From: Octopus bimaculoides
Taxonomy: Eukaryota
Direction of reading: 5' to 3'
Length of the DNA stretch: 53,085 nucleotides
NCBI RefSeq assembly: GCF_001194135.2
Contig: NC_068986.1
Coordinates: 23,853,887-23,906,971, forward strand
This document shows positions 49,093 to 53,085 of the stretch, in pieces. Within the stretch, counting starts at the first letter, position 1, and the number at the start of each line of letters is the position of its first letter. Position numbers and translations under genes: made by a program. Below the pieces are notes generated by a model. The model ran no database searches and was not told the DNA's origin. It saw only the letters and a program-made list of their open reading frames with translations.

Positions 49093-49469
49093 TTACTCTT
49101 TTACACTTTTACTTGTTTCAGTAATTTGACTGCGACCATTCTGGAGCATCGCCTTTAGTCGAGCAAATCGACCCCAGGACTTATTCTTTGTAAGCCTAGT
49201 ACTTATTCTATCGGTTATTTTTGCTGAACCGCTAAGTGACGGGGACGTAAACACACCAGCATCGGTTGTGAAGCGATGGTGGGGAACAAACACAGACACA
49301 CAAATACACGGGCTTCTTTCAGTTTCCGTCTACCAAATCTACCCACAAGGCTTTGGTCGGCCCGAGGCTATAGTAGAAGACACTTTCCCAAAGTGCCACG
49401 CAACGGGAATGAACCCAGAACCATGTGGTTGATAAGCACGCTACTTACCACACAGCCACTTTTGCGCCT
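49093..49469 (-). mobile_element. SINE family A, full length, minimal internal microsatellite
   Basis: Family A consensus. The middle reads only acacagacacacaaatacacgggc. Confidence 0.93.
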
Positions 49470-49750
49470 AATTATTTCCAATTATTTCCACTTTAGGCCT
49501 AAGGGCAACAATTTTAAAAGGAGTTGTTAGTCAACTGCATCTACTAGTAACTGACTGGTACATGTACAACATCGATTTTCTGGAACATTTGATACCAAAG
49601 TATTTCAGGATTACGCAATTTTTCCGAACCAGCAATAGTCCCCTTGCTGAACATACTCTAAATAAATCAAATATATAATTTACTTAAGTAATTATATGAA
49701 ATCAAGTTAGCTGTATATAAATGTAAATTAGTGCACATTATATATATATA

Positions 49751-49947
49751 TTACGTTTTTACTCTTTTATTTGTTTTAATCGTTTGACTGTGGCCATGCT
49801 GGAGCACCACCTTTAGTCGAGCAAATCGACTCCCAGGACTTATTCTTTGTAAGTCTAATACTTATTCTATCGGTCGCTTTGCCGAACAGCTAAGTTACAG
49901 AGACGTAAACACACTAGCATCGATTGTCAAGCGATGTTGGGGGACAA

Positions 49948-49978
<31 letters not shown>

Positions 49979-49991
49979 CACACACACACAG

Positions 49992-50024
<33 letters not shown>

Positions 50025-50205
50025 GTACATATACATATACACGACGGGCTTCTTTCGGTTTCCGTCTACCAAATCCACTCACAAGTCTTTGGTCAGCCCG
50101 AAGCTTTAGTAGAAGCCACTTGCGCAAGGTGCCGCGCAGTGGGACTGAACCCGAGAACCATGTGATTGGTAAGCAAGCTACTTACCACACAGCCACTCCT
50201 GCGCC
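49751..50205 (-). mobile_element. SINE family A, full length
   Basis: Family A consensus with the same diagnostic changes as 34234-34675. Confidence 0.93.
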
Positions 50206-50384
50206 CTACCTTCACTTTATTTCATCGGCGCCGTATGAAACTTAGTGATGGCCGCAACAGTGTTTGTACTTGGAGCTTATAGAGCTGTGAGGAATACGAC
50301 AAGTAATTTTCTCCAGATCTTTAATATTCTGCCCGTTAGTCATATTAACAAGTGCAAAATAATAGGACACAGAAGGACTACGAG

Positions 50385-50580
50385 CTGGGAGAATCGTTAG
50401 CACAGCGGGCAAAATGCTTAGCGATATTTCGCCGGCCTTTACGTTCTGAGTTCAAATTCTGCCGAGGTCGACTTTGTCTTTCATCCCTTTTGGCGTTGAT
50501 AAGATAAGTACCAGTTGAACACTGGGGTCGATGTAGACGACTAACTTCTCCCGAAAACTGCTGGCCTTGTGCCAAAATTT
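50385..50580 (+). mobile_element. SINE family B, tail variant 2, diverged
   Basis: ctgagttcaaattctgccgaggtcgactttgtctttcatccc...ggccttgtgccaaaatttga. Confidence 0.88.
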
Positions 50581-50970
50581 GAGAGAGAGAGAGAGAGAGT
50601 AAAGGAAGTTAATAAGGTACAGATAGCGATTGAAGAAGAAATAGAAACAGAGCGGGACAGAATGATTGATGATATTTGAGTTGTAGCTATAGAGAGAAGA
50701 AACGACAATGAAATATGGAAAAATAAAAGACATTAAAGGTCACAGAGAGAGAGAGGGGGAGAAAGTGAGGGGAAGTGAGAAAGAGGGGGAGAGATGAGAT
50801 AAAGGTAGAGAGAGACTAGGAATGGAAACAGTAAAACTGTTAATGAAGAATGAGGAGAGACAAATGAGAAATATCTTAGAGAGAGAGTGAAGGGAGAGAG
50901 AGAGAGAGGGGGGATAGAAAGACGAGGGATAGAGAGAGGAGATAGATAGATAGAGGGAGAGACGGGGGAT
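50581..50970. repeat. GA-rich low-complexity tract
   Basis: Directly visible. Confidence 0.9.
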
Positions 50971-51814
50971 ATGCACACAAAAATGTTCGTGGTGGTGGTG
51001 GTGGTGGTGGCAGTAGTGTGTGGGGGTAGGTGGTTCTGCATGCATGATGTGTGTGTGGGTGTTAGAAACATCATCTATTTCAATTTCATATTGCAAATAC
51101 GATCGAGTTCTTATTCAATTAAATTTCTGATATTTTTTTTGTCATATTTCCAAATGCAAATCATAAGAATTATAATGTACCAGGATTCCTCATCACATCA
51201 TTGTTTCAAAATCTATCTTTTTTAAAAAAAATCTTTTGTAGTAACACTGATTGATATAGAATGATTTAGAATCATTATATTATCATTTGATATATAATAT
51301 TTGTGTAAGAAAAAAATCTAAATTAAATTAATCATAAAAAAAAAATCTGAATTTGCAACATATTTCAGACATATTTTTAAAACGTGCTATTATATGTATA
51401 CCAGAACCCGAACACACATACACACACACACACACACACTCGCACATGCATATGTAAAAACATACCCACACATGCGCCTATACACAGGTGGACATACACA
51501 ATCACACACACGCACATTTGTATTTCCGCTCGTTTGGGACATTCTTCCTCATAGATTTACTTGATCTTATCAGCCTAGGTTTCAAACAATACAACCAAAC
51601 CGACTTCTGGATCGGTGATGGATGACTTCTATGTAGTTTACAACCTGGTTGACTACATACCCATGAGGAAAGGAACCTGAGTAATCTGGTACTCGAAAAA
51701 AGATTGGTCAGACTGAAAGAGCCTTGGGGAAGATAAATTAGGAATGAACAGCCCGGTGAGCAAATTTTCTTCAACAAAACTTGTACCATAAATAAATAAA
51801 GATCAATTATCCGT

Positions 51815-51965
51815 TCTGGATTCTATGGAATATATACCGGATTCTGTGGAATATATATTCCCACTGGCTAGGACGCCAGTCCGACGAAGGATAACTCAGT
51901 TTGTGCCCGTTGAATAGTTTGCGGAAACGCGAAATGAAATGTTTTACTCAACTACGTATCACGTG
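51815..51965 (-). mobile_element. possible SINE tail fragment
   Basis: Reverse complement gttatccttcgtcggactggcgtcctagccagtggg resembles the gtaaccctgcgatggactggcgtcccgtccaggg motif of many tRNA SINE bodies. Confidence 0.4.
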
Positions 51966-52014
51966 GTCCAATAATAATTTAATAAAAAATAAAGTAAAAT
52001 ATAAGGTTACTCAC

Positions 52015-52070
52015 CAATAATGAATGATATTGATTTAAGTCGATGATGATGGATATAATAAACGTAATGA
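52015..52070 (-). CDS. candidate internal exon (56 nt)
   Basis: Acceptor tcttatttcctgtacag| and donor TTG|gtgagt. Phase 1->0 gives ITFIISIIIDLNQYHSLL, phase 2->1 gives HYVYYIHHHRLKSISFII. Confidence 0.25.
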
Positions 52071-52329
52071 CTGTACAGGAAATAAGATTTAAAGCTCTTC
52101 AGGTGTCCTCTCTCCTTCGGTAAAGAACTTATACGAAAGGTTTTTTCCATACCGAACTACTTGGTAAAATTATTAATTATTAATTTATTAATAAATGAAT
52201 AACCCTTTACCCTATATCTGTAATGATTATATATATATACATACATATATATATATATATATATATGCGTGTGTGTGTGTGTATGTATAAAAATTAAAAT
52301 CAGTGTAATTTTGGCGATTTAAATTTATG

Positions 52330-52530
52330 GAAGAATATGGGCGAAGTAAACAATGGATTCGCATATCAAATATTATTCTGGGAAGCAGTACATAGTAAAA
52401 AGAGCAGATGTAAATTGCATGCGCAATCAATGCTGGAGGATACAAACCTTGAATAGTCTGAGTTGGTGAGATGATAGAGGACGGAGAAGCATGGAGGAGA
52501 CTGGTGAATGTTATTCCAATAAGTTGGAAA
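52330..52530 (+). mobile_element. RTE-clade LINE 3' end relic
   Basis: QILFWEAVHSKKSRCKLHAQSMLEDTNLE*SELV / EMIEDGEAWRRLVNV matches the RTE ORF ending LLW.P.HG.R.RGRP...Y.DQL.EDT....EL...M.DR..WR..V. Confidence 0.7.
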
Positions 52531-52539
52531 TGAAGATGA

Positions 52540-52785
52540 GGATATCTAAGCATCTATCTATCATCTCTCTCACTCGCTCTCTGTCTGTCTGTCTGTCTCT
52601 CCGTCTGTCTATCTATTTATTTACCTGTCTATCTATTTATTTACCTGTCTATCTATCTATCAATCATCTATCTATCATCTCTCTTGCTCTCTATCAATCT
52701 ATATATTGATCAATCTCTTGTCTCTCTTTCCCTGTCTGTCTGTCTATCTATCTATCTCTCTATCTATCTATCTATCTATCTATCT
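52540..52785. repeat. degenerate (TATC/TGTC/TCTC)n array
   Basis: Directly visible. Confidence 0.92.
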
Positions 52786-53085
52786 GACGGACGTGCTGTC
52801 ACATCGGCTGCAGAGGTAAACCTCTTTTTGACCTTCATTGCCCACTTTTTGTTGGAATTTTAAAATATTTTTGTTGCGAAGCACCTAGACTTCATTTCTG
52901 TGTATTTTCAAAGGCAGGAATTGGCCCCCCAGGGGCAGTTTCGGCCCTAGCAAAATACAAAAATTTCCTTCTCGACATTTGAAAAATGTCGTGAAACACA
53001 ATTTTGGAACGCTTGTCTTGTTCTTTTGATGAGCATTTCCCGAGGCTTCAGATGCAAGAAGAGAAAAAAGAATAGAGTAGCGCGT

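Noticed and set aside
51555-51790. C-type-lectin-like FWIG peptide after a strong plus-strand acceptor
   Set aside because: A stop follows three codons later, and there are no lectin cysteines or WxD motif.

Overview
Eukaryotic, AT-rich and repeat-dense draft-assembly DNA. I infer a cephalopod, most likely Octopus, from the tRNA-derived SINE families and the density of (TA)n/(CA)n microsatellites. Seventeen N-gaps, nearly all flanked by microsatellites, generate most of the long ORFs in the track, and these ORFs are artefacts. I recognise no intact conserved protein-coding gene. Supported content: (1) more than 25 SINE copies in at least four families; (2) decayed relics of a Penelope-like GIY-YIG endonuclease (3.0-3.6 kb, probably also 32.8-33.1 kb), a Tc1 transposase N-terminus (4.3-4.6 kb), a CR1/Jockey-like LINE 3' end (15.9-16.2 kb) whose tail matches the tail of the commonest SINE, a Helitron Rep/helicase 5' region (37.9-38.8 kb) and an RTE LINE 3' end (52.3-52.5 kb); (3) a Tc1/mariner MITE and three large fold-back palindromes, one built from two head-to-head SINEs plus duplicated flank; (4) a near-perfect 300-bp direct duplication, minisatellites and composite triplet arrays; (5) degenerate hammerhead-like motifs; (6) a weakly supported chain of small minus-strand candidate exons that splice into a stop-free but unrecognised frame. 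The window reads as intergenic DNA or a series of very long introns. I found no evidence strong enough to claim a new protein-based system. The best leads are the SINE/LINE modular relationships and the dsRNA-forming palindromes.
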